Below, one piece after another: positions 13,492-26,602 of a stretch of 64,000 bases of DNA. Under the pieces are notes generated by a model, which saw only the letters and a program-made list of their open reading frames with translations, ran no database searches and was not told where the DNA came from. The stretch is from Entomortierella parvispora E1425 (taxonomy: Eukaryota; Fungi; Mortierellomycota): contig BQFW01000004.1 of assembly GCA_020891255.1 (NCBI GenBank), positions 2,666,001 to 2,730,000 on the forward strand, in the 5' to 3' direction. A program made the position numbers and the translations under genes. Position 1 is the first letter of the stretch, and every line of letters starts with the position of its first letter.

Positions 13492-16400
13492 TTAACGTCT
13501 ACGAGAGCTGGATCGACGTCCACCGTCGTCCAGTCCCGCGCCGCCATCGGCCAAGGCCCTTTCCCAAAAGGCCTGAACCGGTGCGCGATCGACGGTGGCA
13601 ATAAAGTACTCGCCACCATTATGGGTCCAAGAGACGGCGTTGGTGTAATAGGGGTATTTCTTGACCCTCAGGATCGACTCCACGCTACCGGCATTCCGGA
13701 CATTGATCTTGTGATCCAAAGAGACAAAGGTCTTGAGCGAGATGATCTTGCAACCTTCCTTCAGATCCAGGAACAGTTGGAGGAGAGACTGGTTCAGTGC
13801 AGAGTTGAACGCGTAATTGTTGACCAAGACGAGGTCCGCTCGTGCCAGGATCCCTGCCAGCTCTGGTGTATCCAAAAAGTCTCCATGGATCATCTTGACG
13901 GCTCCATGATTCAAACCATAGGCGCTATTGTTTGTTATTATTTTTTCAAGGGTGAAGGGTTAGATTCAGGAACGTAAGGAGCTTGGCAGAGAATTCAAAA
14001 AGTATTTCTTCCTTTGTGGAGCACTTACCGAGAGCGAGCTTCAAACTCTTTGGCTTGTTTCTTTGCAAACTTTGCAGGAGTATCCATAATCTCGACACCA
14101 TAGGATTCTGCGCCGGTCTGAAGAGCGACCTGGAGGACAACATTGCCGATACCACAACCCAGATCAACAAAGACCTTTGTATGATCCAACTTTGCTCGGT
14201 GAATGAACTCTTTGGTCAAAATGGGCAGGATCTCTCCATAGACGTTGTTGGAAAAGGCCTCGTACTGATTCAACTTGGAAGCCCGGGCTGCGACCGTTCG
14301 CGAGTAGACCTGGCCCAGGATATGGACAACGAGATCATACGGCAAACGATGTCCATAGTCCTGAATGTGCTTTGCAATCTCGCCATTGGCCTTTTGTTTC
14401 CGCATGATGGAGTTGAAGGTTTCGACGGCCTTCATGAACTGGGCTCCATCTTTTCGAACCTTGTACTTTGTGAGGCTGCGATAGAGTCCTTCGTTAGGGG
14501 TCCCGAAGAGCTCCTTATACTGGGCTGGAGTGAAGAAGAATTCCATGATGGTCCGCACCGTTTGAACAAGGTCCTCAATAGGGTTGTATTCGTCCTTGTC
14601 GTCTGACTCTGCTTTGGATCGGCTCAAGAAGGGCTTCATTAATGTGAATCTAATAAAGAGTAGGACACAACAAAAGGAAAATGGGTTAGAAGGTGCTGTC
14701 AAAAGAAGCCTATGTCAGCGAATTTGAATCAAAGGAGAGAGTGGTGAACTTACTTTTCGCGAGAGTCTTTTCCTGGATATTCTAGAGAGACGTGCATCGT
14801 GTCTGCGCCGGTGGAAGAAGGATTAGAGGCCACGGTCGAGTCTGAATCCTCGATGAGCATATGGAAATCTACATATCCATGGAAAGAGCACAGAGATCAT
14901 CCATGTTAGAGCCTCGCCATCAAAACAAAGCGAAAAAAGGAGCACATGTGTGCAGATAGGCCCAACAAATGCTGCAGTTGCTTACGATTCTTGTAACGGC
15001 CCATGGCTGCGGCCACAATTTGGTCCGAATGCAAAAGGGACATTTTTCTTGGCAAGGAGCTGCCGTTGCCTGTTGGGGCAGCTGCGTTCGACGAAGAGCT
15101 GCCCAAAGTAGCTGATGTCTTTGGTGGCGTGGGGTCCAGGGCTGATTTTGGTTTCGAAACCGCCGTCTGCGCCTTTGCCTTGCCATTGCCAGTCTGGCTT
15201 TTAGGCTTAGGAGTCGTGGGGATCATCCGCGTAGTGACACTTCCTTTGCTGAGGTTGATGACGACTATTTCCCGCGCTGCACCGCCGTCCTTGGAATGCA
15301 GAGACCGCTTTCCATTCGTTTCAGTCTTCTTTTTTGATGGTGATGGCTTTGTTTTTGGTTTGGGGGCCGTTCCCAAAAACGCCTCCGAGTCATCGTCGTC
15401 GTCCGAAGTGGGCCTTGATTTCTTTTTGTTATCCATTTGAGTGCTATCCTTGCGTTCAATCGTTGCCGTGGGTTTGGACAGTGCACCAAAAAGAGCCATC
15501 TCCAAGCTTTCCTGAGCCTGAAGGGTATTAGCTTCGCCTCCCGCGTGGTCATTGCTCTCCTCCATGAATTCAGGTTCTGCGGGCGTAGAGAGGTATGGGG
15601 AGGGTCCTGCAGAATCCAGTGGTCCTGACTCGGGGTCCGTTGATGTCCTGTTGCTTCGATCTGGGGATGGACTTGACAAGGAAGAAGGCGACGAGTACGA
15701 GTCCTGGCCAGGAAGCATGCTCAGTGTCATTTTGGTCCTGCTCGGAGATGAATCCATACGATGGACGGGCGACGACGGCATAGATCGTGGAGTTGGTGAG
15801 GGTGAAAAGGAGGAAGGGGAAGATAGGGTCGAGAGCGAGGAGGTATCGTCAAAGTCAAGGAAGGTTCGCTTGTGTGGTGGAGTGCTCGGGAAGAAGGCCA
15901 TTGGCTGAGCAGGCACATGCTGTGGTGACGACAACGGCGACTGTGCTGGCAGCAATGGGTGTGGTGGTTGTTCCTGCTGCTGCTGTGGTAGCGACAGTGG
16001 GGCTAGTGGTGGCAGTTGAGGTGGTGGTGGTAGTGGCGGCAGGGGTGGAGGTGTGGACTGAAGATCGTGCTCGACTCTGGTGGACACAGGACTCTTGCTT
16101 CTGCTTCTGCTTCTGCTTCTGCTTCGACTCCTTCGCCTGCTTCCCGGGCTTCTGCTCCGTGTCCTGCTCCTTGCCTGCCGCTTCACTGCTCTGGTCTCTG
16201 ACTCGGACGCATACTTGGTGGCAACGACGTCTGCGCTAGACGATGGCGCAACATCGGCATGGCGCTCCCGTTTCCGATGCGCGTTTGTTCCGCTGCTCTT
16301 ATTGCTGCTGCCATAGTTACTGCTACTGCTGTTGCTGATCCGCTCATCTCGATGGACTCCAGGGTGATGGCTAGACTTTGACGCTCCTGTTGCACTGCTC

Positions 16401-17023
16401 GACGACTTTAAAGGTCCGGCTCCATGTGCATGGGTACCGCCATTCCTGGATGTTCCAAGACTATCCTGACGCTGATGAGCCTTGGGGCTAGAGACGTGGC
16501 TTTCATTTAAAACTGGTCGGCGGACAGCATGAAGTTTGGAATCCTGCCGATCATTTGTGTTGGGGACTCGACTGGACGGTGAGGACGACGACGTTGAGGA
16601 CGATGAGTGACTGAGACTCTTGCTATGGCCATGACGGACGTCTCGATCATATCCCGAGGAGGAAGAGGAGGGCCGGTGTTTGGATGAGGAAGAATGAGAA
16701 GAATGTGAAAAGGATGAACCGTGCCTTGAAGAGGAAGAATGGTGGCGATCATATGACGAGGAGGAGGAGTGATGCGTTCTTGGCCCGTTCGTTGACGGGC
16801 GTTTCGAGGAGGAGGATGGTGGCGAAGAGGAGGACGACGAAGGATAAGGACGCGAGTGGTGCTGCGAGGCTGGAAGGGAGGAGGACGAGGAAGAGGAAGA
16901 GGAGGCGGCAGTTGGGGTGGTGGAAGGCGTGGCTGCGGAAGTAGCAGCGAGCTTCTTGAGGGCCGAGTGGCTGTCTTTAGGGCCGCCGAGACTTGCGAGG
17001 AAGGAGAGGTAGGGATTGGACAT
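13492..17023 (-). CDS. DOT1: Histone H3K79 methyltransferase Dot1, multi-exon with long S/H-rich N-terminus
   Basis: LEYPG motif, YNPIEDL, YEAFSNNVYGE, VFVDLGCGIGNVVLQVA, VLVNNYAF, IISLK and VSWT motifs distributed over ORFs 14906..17023, 14025..14702 and 13492..13914. Confidence 0.95.
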
Positions 17024-17248
17024 TTAGAGCAAGGAAGGAGACCAGAAGAGAGAAGAAAACGAACAAGAAAGAGGACAGGAGGAAGAGGGCAAAGAACAAG
17101 AAGAGAAAAAAGAGGGAAAAGAGGAAGAAGAGGAAGAGGAGAAGGGCTTATCCATGAAAGGTGTTCGTCAGAGGAGGCGGAAGTGATGATGTGATAGGGA
17201 ATGACAGAGAGCGTATCAGGTGCAGCGTCGAGTGGACGACGGGTGGAG

Positions 17249-17293
17249 CAGAGGAGGAGGAGGAGGAGGAGGAGGAGGAGGAGGAGGAGGAGG
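17249..17293. repeat. (GAG)n microsatellite
   Basis: About 14 perfect gag units upstream of Dot1. Confidence 0.95.
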
Positions 17294-17602
17294 AGAGAAG
17301 AAGAGGAAGGGAGGATAGAACCAATGACAGAAGGACAGAAGGGGGACGAACAGGAGGGGCGTGGGTGCAGAGAACAGTGTGCGTGGAAGAGAGAGCAAGA
17401 GAGAGAAGGGAGAGAAGGAAGAGGAAGAGAGGGAAGAGGGAGAGGAGAGGAGAGGAGAGGAAACAAAAGGCGATGGTGATGCGATGTGAACAAGCGGGTT
17501 GGGGGTGTGGGGTGGTCGTGGTCGTGGTGGGTGGGGGGAACAGCAGAGAGACAGGCAGAGGGGGAGAGAGCGGAAAAAAAGAACAGCGCAGAAGAATTTC
17601 TC

Positions 17603-17635
<33 letters not shown>

Positions 17636-17696
17636 GCGGCAGAATCAAGGCAAAGGTCAGATCGGTTCATTTCTGTTTGTTCCTCCTCTCAGTCTC

Positions 17697-17730
17697 TGCC
17701 TGTCTGTCTGTCTGTCTGTCTGTCTGTCTG
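17697..17730. repeat. (CTGT)n microsatellite
   Basis: About 8 ctgt units. Confidence 0.9.
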
Positions 17731-17993
17731 CTCTTGCTGTCCGTGTGTCCACGTCGTTCCCATACGTCTCGCCGTGTTTGCATGTTGTGTTGTGTTGTGG
17801 TGATGTGTGGTTGTGGTCTATCCGCGGTTGGGCAAAAACACAAAAAGAAAAAAAATGTGCACAGGGGCAAGGAACGACCTTTGCCAGCATTTAGAAAGTA
17901 AATGGTGCAAAATGAAGATGAATTTTATATGTTGGCCTGCTCTACAATGTCCCCCTACCCTCAGGGGGCCTATATCGTGTCCTGCTCTTTCTT

Positions 17994-18815
17994 TCAAGAT
18001 GACTTGGCCTTGACAGCCTCCATTCCAATCTTGCCTCCAGACACCGTGCCGTCCAATGCATCCCTGAGCTCCTGCTCCCGCTGAACCAGATCGGCATGTG
18101 AGACCTGTCCACCGTTCTCGGCCAATTCTGCGACCATATCCTGGACAGTGGGCACATAGACCTTGCCGGGCATCAATCCAGCCTCGTAAAACTCATTGAC
18201 CTTGGCGTCCAAGTTCTCAAACGTGATAAAGTCCTCAGCGGCGTGGTATAACCGGACCATCGACTCCAATCTCTTCTCTGCTGCGACCTCGCATGACTTT
18301 TGGAAGTTGGCTGCCCGTTGAGCCTTTCTCTCCTGAACAAACTGGGCCACCTTTTCCTGTCTCTGTGCTCCAGTCAATCCATCGGGCTGCATCAGACGCT
18401 CAAAGTCCAGACGCTGCACATTCTCCTCCCGATCCTTCTGCTGCCTGGCCTGAAGACGACGCAAGGATCCTTTGCGTTGACGCTCCCTCTCGGCCCTCAA
18501 CTTGTCCTGGCCCTCATAGTGCTCGCGCTGATAAGCATGACGAAGCTTGGTCATCTCGAGCTCAAACTTTTGTGTAGGTGTTCCGTTGGCCTTGTGGTCG
18601 TGCGACTTTGACATCTCTGGGAGGGACTCGACGGTGCGAGGGGCTGGTGGGGGGGAGGGGGAAGGGGAAGCGCCAGGGGGGTGGGGCATTCCAGGGGCGA
18701 ATCCCTCCTTGCCGGGTCTGTAGTTGGCGGAGGGCTCATCGATGGAGCGGACCGAGGTGAATGTCCTGACCTGGCTGCTGACGCGGGGCAGCCTCGTTGT
18801 GAGTTGACGAAGCAT
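17994..18815 (-). CDS. Mitochondrial protein, probable small-subunit mitoribosomal protein mS26 (Pet123-like)
   Basis: Arg/Ser/Thr-rich, acid-free presequence (MLRQLTTRLPRVSSQVRTFTS), a charged coiled coil, and an LYH-x-A-x2-FIT-x2-NLD motif recalled from fungal mS26. Intronless. Confidence 0.55.
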   Translation of the reverse strand: MLRQLTTRLPRVSSQVRTFTSVRSIDEPSANYRPGKEGFAPGMPHPPGASPSPSPPPAPRTVESLPEMSKSHDHKANGTPTQKFELEMTKLRHAYQREHYEGQDKLRAERERQRKGSLRRLQARQQKDREENVQRLDFERLMQPDGLTGAQRQEKVAQFVQERKAQRAANFQKSCEVAAEKRLESMVRLYHAAEDFITFENLDAKVNEFYEAGLMPGKVYVPTVQDMVAELAENGGQVSHADLVQREQELRDALDGTVSGGKIGMEAVKAKSS

Positions 18816-19184
18816 TGTGTATATGGACTGAAGAATGAATGAATGAAGGATGTGATTAAGAGAGAGAGATAGGGTCGGATTGAATGGCATCAATCACCGG
18901 AGGAGCTGGTTGCCACCTTTGAAGTATCCCACGTGACCTGATCTGGAGGCAACCACAAGGAAAGCAGTCCCTCAAAAGCCACTTTCAAAACAAATTGATC
19001 CTTGGCTTTGTCGCCGTGTGGTGCTGTGGAGGCGATTTTTTTCTTTTTTTTTTCCTCTGTCAAAGAGCCTTTGCTTCTGCACGCGCATAGTCCAGCTTTC
19101 CTTTCGCCCCGTCTCATCGCTGTTCATTCCTCCCCCCCATCCCCATCTTCCCCTTTTTCTTTCACCCCCTCCTCAACTTTCATC

Positions 19185-20682
19185 ATGGGTGCACCCGCTG
19201 AGCTCTTCCCTCTCATCGAGCAGTTCTTGAAGGACCAAGACTGTGTTGAGACCTTGAAGGCCTTCAAGAAGGAGGCAAAGAACGTATGTTCCTCCTGGAC
19301 CTTTGGTCAACCAGCAAGGGGAAGGATTCCTTTTCTCACAAGGAAAATGGCAACTAACCTGTACCCTTCGTCCTCTCTTATAGACCTTGAAGTCCAGCAC
19401 CAAACCCACACAGACCTTGGTCGAGCTGTACAACGCACAGTCAAAGGCGTATGTAGTCTATCCCGCAGCAGGAACCAGATTCAAAGCAGCAGATCCAGAA
19501 AAAAAAAACCACCCCCCCAGCTTTCAAGGACATGATAACTGACTAAACAATCAAATGACTTTTACTCTGTGATCCAATAGTACCGAATCAGGATCCAGCA
19601 GCAGCAGCAGTGAATCTGGTGAGGATGTCGAAATGAAGGATTCATCGGACGACAGCTCTTCGGACTCGTCCTCTTCATCTTCAGATTCATCGTCGGAAGA
19701 GGAGTCTAGCTCTTCGTCAGAGAGCGAGGAGGAGGAGTCTGACTCGGACTCGTCTTCGTCTTCCTCGTCCTCGTCCTCGAGCAGTGAAGATGAGGGTAAG
19801 CATCTGATTATCATCGAACATGCAAGCGACTCTGACAGCGAAAGCGACTCCAGTGCCTCAAACGACTTGGACAGCGAAAGCGACAGCTCGGGAAGCTCCA
19901 GCGATTCTGAAAGCGACAGCACCTCAGAATCCAATAGCGACTCTACCATGTACTCCTCATCCTCATCCTCATCATCATTGCCTTCTTCCCCTTCTTCCTC
20001 TTCCTCGGATTCCTCGGATTCAGAGTCTAGCTCCTCGGACAGCTCGGACAGCTCAGACAGCTCGGACAGTGATAGCTCTGATAGCGAAAGCTCAGACAGC
20101 GATAGCTCGGACAGTGATAGCTCCAGCAGCTCGGACAGCTCGGATAGCTCGGATTCCGAGTCTGAAGACGAGAAGCCTGTTATCAAGGAGGTTGTCATCG
20201 TTGCTCCTCCTGCCAAGAAGATGAAAATCGAGGTAAGAACTTGCAATAACAGGGTCCGGGACCATGAAGTAGCTGTAAAAAGAGTGTTTGGTTCTAATCC
20301 AACTTCTTACGCAACAATAACAGGGTGAGAAGCCTGTCAAGGTCCAGAACGAGCCCTTCAAGCGTGTGAGAGCCGAGGATGTTGTTTTCCTTGCTGATCA
20401 GTTGAAGGACAACACCTACATGTCAAAGGTATGGCTCAAGCGTTGAGACAAGATATATGGCTTATGACAACGAGAGTACCAACAAAAACTGACATTGTAC
20501 CTAATTCTTGTCTACAGGGAGGTTCAGAGACCGGATATGGTTACAAGGCCCACTTGGACATGATCGTGACCAAGGGCAAGGGTTTCCGTGCCGAGAAGAC
20601 GAAAAAGAAGCGTGGCTCTTACCGCGGTGGACAGATCGACTTTGAGTCGCACTCGTTCAAGTTCCCTGATGCCGATGATTAA
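19185..20682 (+). CDS. SRP40: Nucleolar phosphoprotein Srp40/Nopp140, multi-exon
   Basis: LisH-like N-terminus ([10 protein letters not shown]), Ser/Asp tracts, and SRP40_C motif [23 protein letters not shown]-x3-HSFKF. Confidence 0.93.
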
Positions 20683-21128
20683 AGCATGAGCTATTCTCAG
20701 GAAGTCACCACCCTTTCGTGTGCTCGGGGTTCGCTTCGAGCCCACCCACCCATACAGCATACAGATAGCATATAATTAAAAAGACATGAACCGTACATCG
20801 CCTGCATTTTTGCTGCATGGGTTTTGGGCGCAGGGGCCCAGAAAGGGGGATTTCTACGCTGAGATTCAAGATCGAAAGAACGGTCACACAAAATGGCGGA
20901 GGTGTTCCATGCATGCATTGCCATCTCTCTTTTTCACAGCCAACTCAGCAACAACGCCATCTCATCGCCTGGAAACGATAACGTGAATCTCGACTGGACC
21001 AGGGAGCCCTATAGGACAACTAGCTTGCTCATTCAGGAACTGGACCTCCTCACAGAAGAATTGTCCCTACTACCATTCTGTCCTCGGGAGAAAGAAAAAA
21101 GATGGAGAATACCAACGAGTTACCTCCC

Positions 21129-23034
21129 ATGGCAATGAACGAATACAAGGCAAAGCGCGACTCGGGCCGGCAAAAGATCGCCTCTAAATATGACATTCTC
21201 GGCTTTATCAGCTCGGGAACCTATGGTCGTGTTTACAAAGCAAAATCTAGGAACAAGTAAGGGAAATGAAAGAAATCCACATATCAGGGGTTTACAGTGC
21301 CATTGACTGGGTCAACTTTTTTTTTTCTCGCCTTCGCTCCAGGGACGACGGAAAGGAATATGCCATTAAAAAGTTCAAACCGGACAAGGAGGGCGAGGCG
21401 GCAACGTACATTGGAATATCACAATCAGCGTGTCGAGAGATCGCCGTAAGGGACACCTGCTTTGCTGCAGCTCAATCATATACCATTGACCGATGTGAAG
21501 ACTTACACAAAGAGATACATTCTGCCTCCGCGATGCCTTAGCTTTGCCGTGAACTACATCATGAGAACATCGTAGGTCTGGAAGAGGTGCTTCTGGAAGA
21601 CAAGTCGATTCACATGGTCTTTGAATACGCTGAACACGATCTTTTGGTAAGGAGTCACGGCCTCGCAGCCATTGCGAATTATCGTGCCTCTCCCTTATAC
21701 TTCTGGGCTGGCTAGCTAACAATGCACGGTGGATGTCCTCGCAATCATTACCGCTCTTTAGCAAATCATTGGATTCCACAGCCATCCAGAGCGCAAATTC
21801 ATGTCAGAGTATACCATCAAGTCTTTTCTGTGGCAACTATTGAACGGAGTGGCCTATCTCCATGCCAATTGGGTCATGCATCGCGATTTGAAGCCCGCCA
21901 ATATCCTTGTCACTGCCAATGGAGTCGTCAAAGTTGGTATGTAGAGAAAAGACTGGATGGGTCGCCCGTTGACAAGTGGCATGGAGCAACCATTTCTAAT
22001 CTCTGGTTTACCCTTCTTCTTTTTTTTTTTTTTTTTAGGTGATTTGGGATTGGCACGTATGTTTTATAAGCCATTACAACCACTGTTCAATGGAGACAAG
22101 GTCGTGGTGACGATCTGGTATCGTGCCCCGGAATTGCTGTTGGGCTCTCGACATTACACCAAGGCGATTGATATCTGGGCCATAGGCTGTATTTTCGCAG
22201 AGTTGATCACGTTGCGACCCATCTTCAAGGGCGAGGAAGCCAAGGTGGAGAACAAGAAGACGGTCCCGTTCCAGAAGAACCAATTGCAAAAGATTTTTGA
22301 TATTCTTGGCAACCCCACAAGTACGTCTACAGAGATCCTGCTTTTTGGATTGTGCAATGCTTCTATTCGTTCCGCTGACTCTTTCTACTTTTTGTTTGTT
22401 TGTTTGCTCTCCATGAAGAGGATAGATGGCCCACGATTGATCAGCAGCCAGAATACCCCAACTTGGCCTCATTTAGACAGTAAGACTTGTATTATTGTTT
22501 GCGCTTTCCAGCCTCCATAGACCTGGATACTAAAAATTCATTTCTTGTGCTGCATACCACAACATAGCATGCCCAACATTCTCCGGCAAATGTATCAAAC
22601 ATGGCCGATCAAAAGCGAACAAGGTTGTAACTTGCTGGCGGCCATGTTGGAATATGATCCTTTGAAGCGAATCACGGCGGAGGAAGCGCTCAACCATCCG
22701 TATTTCCAAGAGGATCCCAAGCCTGGCATGGAGTAAGTTCATCTTCCCTGGTCCCCTCCTCTTTCTAATTTCCTCTTGTCTTCCTCATGAATTTGATCCG
22801 CAGCGTCTTTGCAATGGTCATCTGGGCCACTCGAGAAACTAATTTTTTTTAATTTTTTTATTTTTTTTATTTTATTCTAGCTCGTTTGCTGGACAACCGG
22901 TCGAATTCCCATTGCGAAGGATTACCAATGAGGATAAGGATATGAGGGCTGCTGCTGCTGCTGCACCACATCAAAAACATCCCGTCCCGCCTGTCAAAGA
23001 CGATCGGAATACGAAGCGACCCCGTGTAGAATAA
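21129..23034 (+). CDS. SSN3: Cyclin-dependent kinase 8 (Ssn3/Srb10), multi-exon
   Basis: [70 protein letters not shown]. Confidence 0.96.
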
Positions 23035-23161
23035 TAGGTTGTCCCAAAGTCGCAACCATAAAAAAATAAACGAAAAAAAAAAAAAAAAAAAAAAAAGGGA
23101 AACAATTTCAATCATGATAGACAGAAAAGTGCTGCTAATATTTCTCTATTTCTCGTTTATT

Positions 23162-23992
23162 TTAATGGCATGACTTTCCATGTCGCTTCAGGTTCCAGTA
23201 GTTGAAAGGCAAGGGAGCAGACCAGCCAGCCAGGGCACTCCACCCGATCGTGTTCCAGAACATGGGATCCGACAAATTGACGTTTCCCCAACCCATCAGA
23301 TGATAATCGACCGCGTTCTCGACGGCCTCCATGGTCAGCATGGAGATCATGGACATGCCCGTGGCGGTTTTGAGGGCGGCCGACCAAGGCATGCGCACCT
23401 TGTTGGAAAACCGCAAGACCAAGGTCTCCAACGTGATCGAAGTCAAGATACCCGAGGTCATGGCCAGACCCATGGCCAGAGGAGGAGACATGGTCGGGTG
23501 GGCTGATTGGAGATAGAACAACATCGAGAGATCACCGAGCGTGCAGCCGATCAGGCAACGGAATGTGTTGGTGGAAGCGATCTTCCAGCTGCTGGGATCC
23601 GACCAGAATTGTAGCGTATTGACGGCCGGGGCAGATGGACGGCCATGGGCAGCTGCTTGTTTATGGCAGCTCTTCTTTTCGCCTTTCTCTGTAGGACTGC
23701 CGTCTGCCGCATTGGATAGGATGGGTTGAACGGTGTCAGCGGCCGTAGGAGCGACTTCCTTGTGACAGCAGGAAGAGGATGACGACGATGACGAATTGCC
23801 TGAAGAGGGAGACGATGGAGATGATAAAGTCGAAGCAAAGGTCGAATCACCATATCGTCGGGCCATCATCCCCGCAGCGGAAACTCGATAGATACCAGAG
23901 TGGTGCGTCAGTGGCGAATGCTGACGGATGTGCGATCTGATATGGTGCGCTGCTGTGCGCTGCAGCATCGATGTGCCATTGATGAAATGCAT
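23162..23992 (-). CDS. DUF4396-family membrane protein, intronless
   Basis: TFRCLIGCTLGD, GILTSITLET, GMSMISML-x-ME and PFNYW motifs with three or four TM segments. The N-terminus is basic and presequence-like. Confidence 0.8.
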   Translation of the reverse strand: MHFINGTSMLQRTAAHHIRSHIRQHSPLTHHSGIYRVSAAGMMARRYGDSTFASTLSSPSSPSSGNSSSSSSSSCCHKEVAPTAADTVQPILSNAADGSPTEKGEKKSCHKQAAAHGRPSAPAVNTLQFWSDPSSWKIASTNTFRCLIGCTLGDLSMLFYLQSAHPTMSPPLAMGLAMTSGILTSITLETLVLRFSNKVRMPWSAALKTATGMSMISMLTMEAVENAVDYHLMGWGNVNLSDPMFWNTIGWSALAGWSAPLPFNYWNLKRHGKSCH

Positions 23993-24533
23993 TGTGAGGA
24001 CAGGGTCCTTTTAAAAGCTCAGACAGGGGGTGGGGGGGCAGAGAAGAGAGCTGGATGAATACCAGAATATGGGAAGGAAGGAAAGAAGAATCTGAATTTT
24101 ATGTTCGTTCCGTTCAATTTTTTGAGCCATTTTGAAAATGGTCCTTTCACCCTCAACGCCGATCTGGCATTGCGCCAATAAGAGAATCGCCCTTGCCCTT
24201 TTTGCTCGAGTGTTTTTTTTTAATATGATCTCCACGATTCCCCGGGTCGGTCTCAAATGGTCACTCGCGTGGCGCAACCAACCTGAATAACTCCCACCGC
24301 AACCGCAGCATCAGCTCTTTCCTTTGATTTCCAGAGATCTTCCAAACTGAACATCGACGATCAAAACAATACATGAATGGGTTTTTTTTGAGTAATTTTT
24401 GGCTTTAATTACTAAGGTCTAAAAACAAAAACGGGGCACAATCGAGCAAAAGAACCCAACAGCCATCCCGAGTTTGCCTTTGTTTTTCTCCTGTAAATGG
24501 TAAGCAAATCGATAAAGATAATCGATCGACTTT

Positions 24534-25666
24534 TTACAGACGACGACCACGACGACCACCCTTTTTGCGGGTAGAATCGGTGGGGGTGGGGGTAACATCC
24601 TCAATGCGACCAATCTTCATGCCAGCACGGGCCAAGGCACGGAGAGCGGACTGAGCACCGGGACCGGGGGTCTTGGAGCGGTTACCACCGGTGGCACGGA
24701 GCTTGATGTGAAGAGCGGTGATACCGACCTCCTTGCACTTGACAGCGACATCCTGGGCAGCCAACATGGCGGCGTAGGGGGAAGCCTCATCACGATCGGC
24801 CTTGACCTTCATGCCTCCGGTAACACGGGAGATGGTTTCACGACCGGTCAAATCGGTGATGTGAACGAAGGTATCGTTGAAAGAGGCAAAGATGTGGGCA
24901 ACACCGAAAACCTCCTCATCACCACGGACCTGGGGACCGAGGGAGATGTTTTCCTGAACCTTGGGGGTGGACTTGACCTTCTTGGACTATTGAACAGAAT
25001 GAAATGAAAAAAGATAACGGTCCTTGTTAGTTTTCTTGTGCTGGTGAATGATATTTGATAGAAAGAACGCTTCTCGGCGTGCGTGCGTGCGTGCTGCGTG
25101 TGGTGTGAGCTGGTTTTTTTGTGGTTTGTTTGTTTGACAGTTGCTGATCCACTCCTAGAGTTGCGTGATGGAAAGGTCGATCTGATTTTGCTGGGGTGGC
25201 CATGAATGCCCGGAAGATTATAGCCCTCTTTGCAGAGCCATGCTTGTTCCAGCTCCCAGACAAATCCAGTCTTTTCCCACTTGTAGCTGCATCCAGATGT
25301 CGGTTTCTTCCTACTGATCTGGTCCATCTCTCGATCGTTGATTCCATCAGACTGGTAGCATCCGTCACTCGGCCTTCTGGCAGAGACAGAGAGACACTGA
25401 GAGCCAGAACTCCAGACCAATAAAAGCTCTGAGTAGATATCCCGTCGATCCAGGCATCCAGAGCAGCCAGTGGTTGATGGTCCTCCAGTAAGTGGTTTCC
25501 GGGAGCAGAATGGTGTCGATAGATGTGAACAAGGCCATGGATGGATCGATGGATGGATCGAGGGTGTGTGTGCATCCAAGGTGATCCATCCAGCCCAAGG
25601 TAGAAGAAGCAGCCACGCCACCAAAATTCACAGTCCGTCACACGGGCTGAAAGGGTCCTGTACCAT
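24534..25666 (-). CDS. RPS14: 40S ribosomal protein S14 (uS11); exon 1 is the ATG only (25666..25664), intron 25663-24988, exon 2 24987..24534
   Basis: [20 protein letters not shown]...[26 protein letters not shown]...[15 protein letters not shown]|GTACAG donor and caatag acceptor. Confidence 0.96.
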
Positions 25667-25978
25667 CTTCGATATTTGAGAAAAAGGAAGTTGCAACCTG
25701 GCTGGCGGGCAGCGCGAGCTAATATCCTCCTCTGGCGAATTAAGGGGTCCCACAAAATCCGTTGCTGCGATCATCGCTCGCTCGTGCGCTCGCATCCACC
25801 TCCATCTGGGCCAGGGGATCAGCCCTGGAGAAAATAAACGACTTCCCCTTCCCGTCATACTCATCTGTTGTCGTCCCGTCTCTTCTTTGCCGTCGTCGTC
25901 ATTGTCATCATCACCGTGCTCGCCCTTTGTTAAACTCCCCTTCTTCCTCTTTTTCGTCGCTACATCTACATTCTCGTC

Positions 25979-26602
25979 ATGGTCAACATCCTTGTCTGGG
26001 ACGAGTTCCAAAAGGCCGCCGAAGAGCTTTACCAACTTTCACCCAACAATGTAATTCAACAACTAATGAACAGGATGACCTACCACATTGCAGCCAATGT
26101 AGATGAACCGAGCATCGCCTCTGTTAAATTCACCATGGACTAAGACTGAGCTCTGCCACTGTCTTTTTTTGTAGACCCGTTACGTCGCCAAGTATCGCCA
26201 CGTCGAAGGAAAGCTCGTTCTCAAAGTCACTGATGATCGCACAGTAAGGACCGAGTCTCCCTCCCTTCACTCTTTTGCTCTTATAGATTGTTCATTCTTT
26301 GTCACCAATTTTTTGTTGATATGATACTTGGGGCTTTTGATACTGATGAACGATTCGTTTGGCAATAGTGCTTGAAATACAAGACAGATCAGATGCAGGA
26401 CCTCAACAAATTTGAGCGATTGAACCGCTCTTTGATGGCAAAGATGCACAACAGGATCCCAGCTCCCGTCCAGGAATCAGCGTCATCAGTACCTTCAGCA
26501 CAGTCAGCTGCCCCTGTCACCGCAGCGGCCCCTACAACGATATCTAGCCCAGCATTGCAACAAGGTGGCGGTGGAAAGGCAAAGAAGAACAAGCGCAAGT
26601 AG
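25979..26602 (+). CDS. SRP9: Signal recognition particle 9 kDa subunit (SRP9/Srp21-like), three exons
   Basis: Spliced product MVNILVWDEFQKAAEELY...TRYVAKYRHVEGKLVLKVTDDRTCLKYKTDQMQDLNKFERLN. Confidence 0.92.

Noticed and set aside
16507-17901. Several long overlapping ORFs upstream of Dot1
   Set aside because: They arise from purine/pyrimidine microsatellites and homopolymers that lack stop codons, and the translations are low-complexity.
24988-25663. Intron-encoded C/D snoRNA in RPS14
   Set aside because: No TGATGA/CTGA box pair was found on the sense strand. Only an Rfam scan could rescue it.
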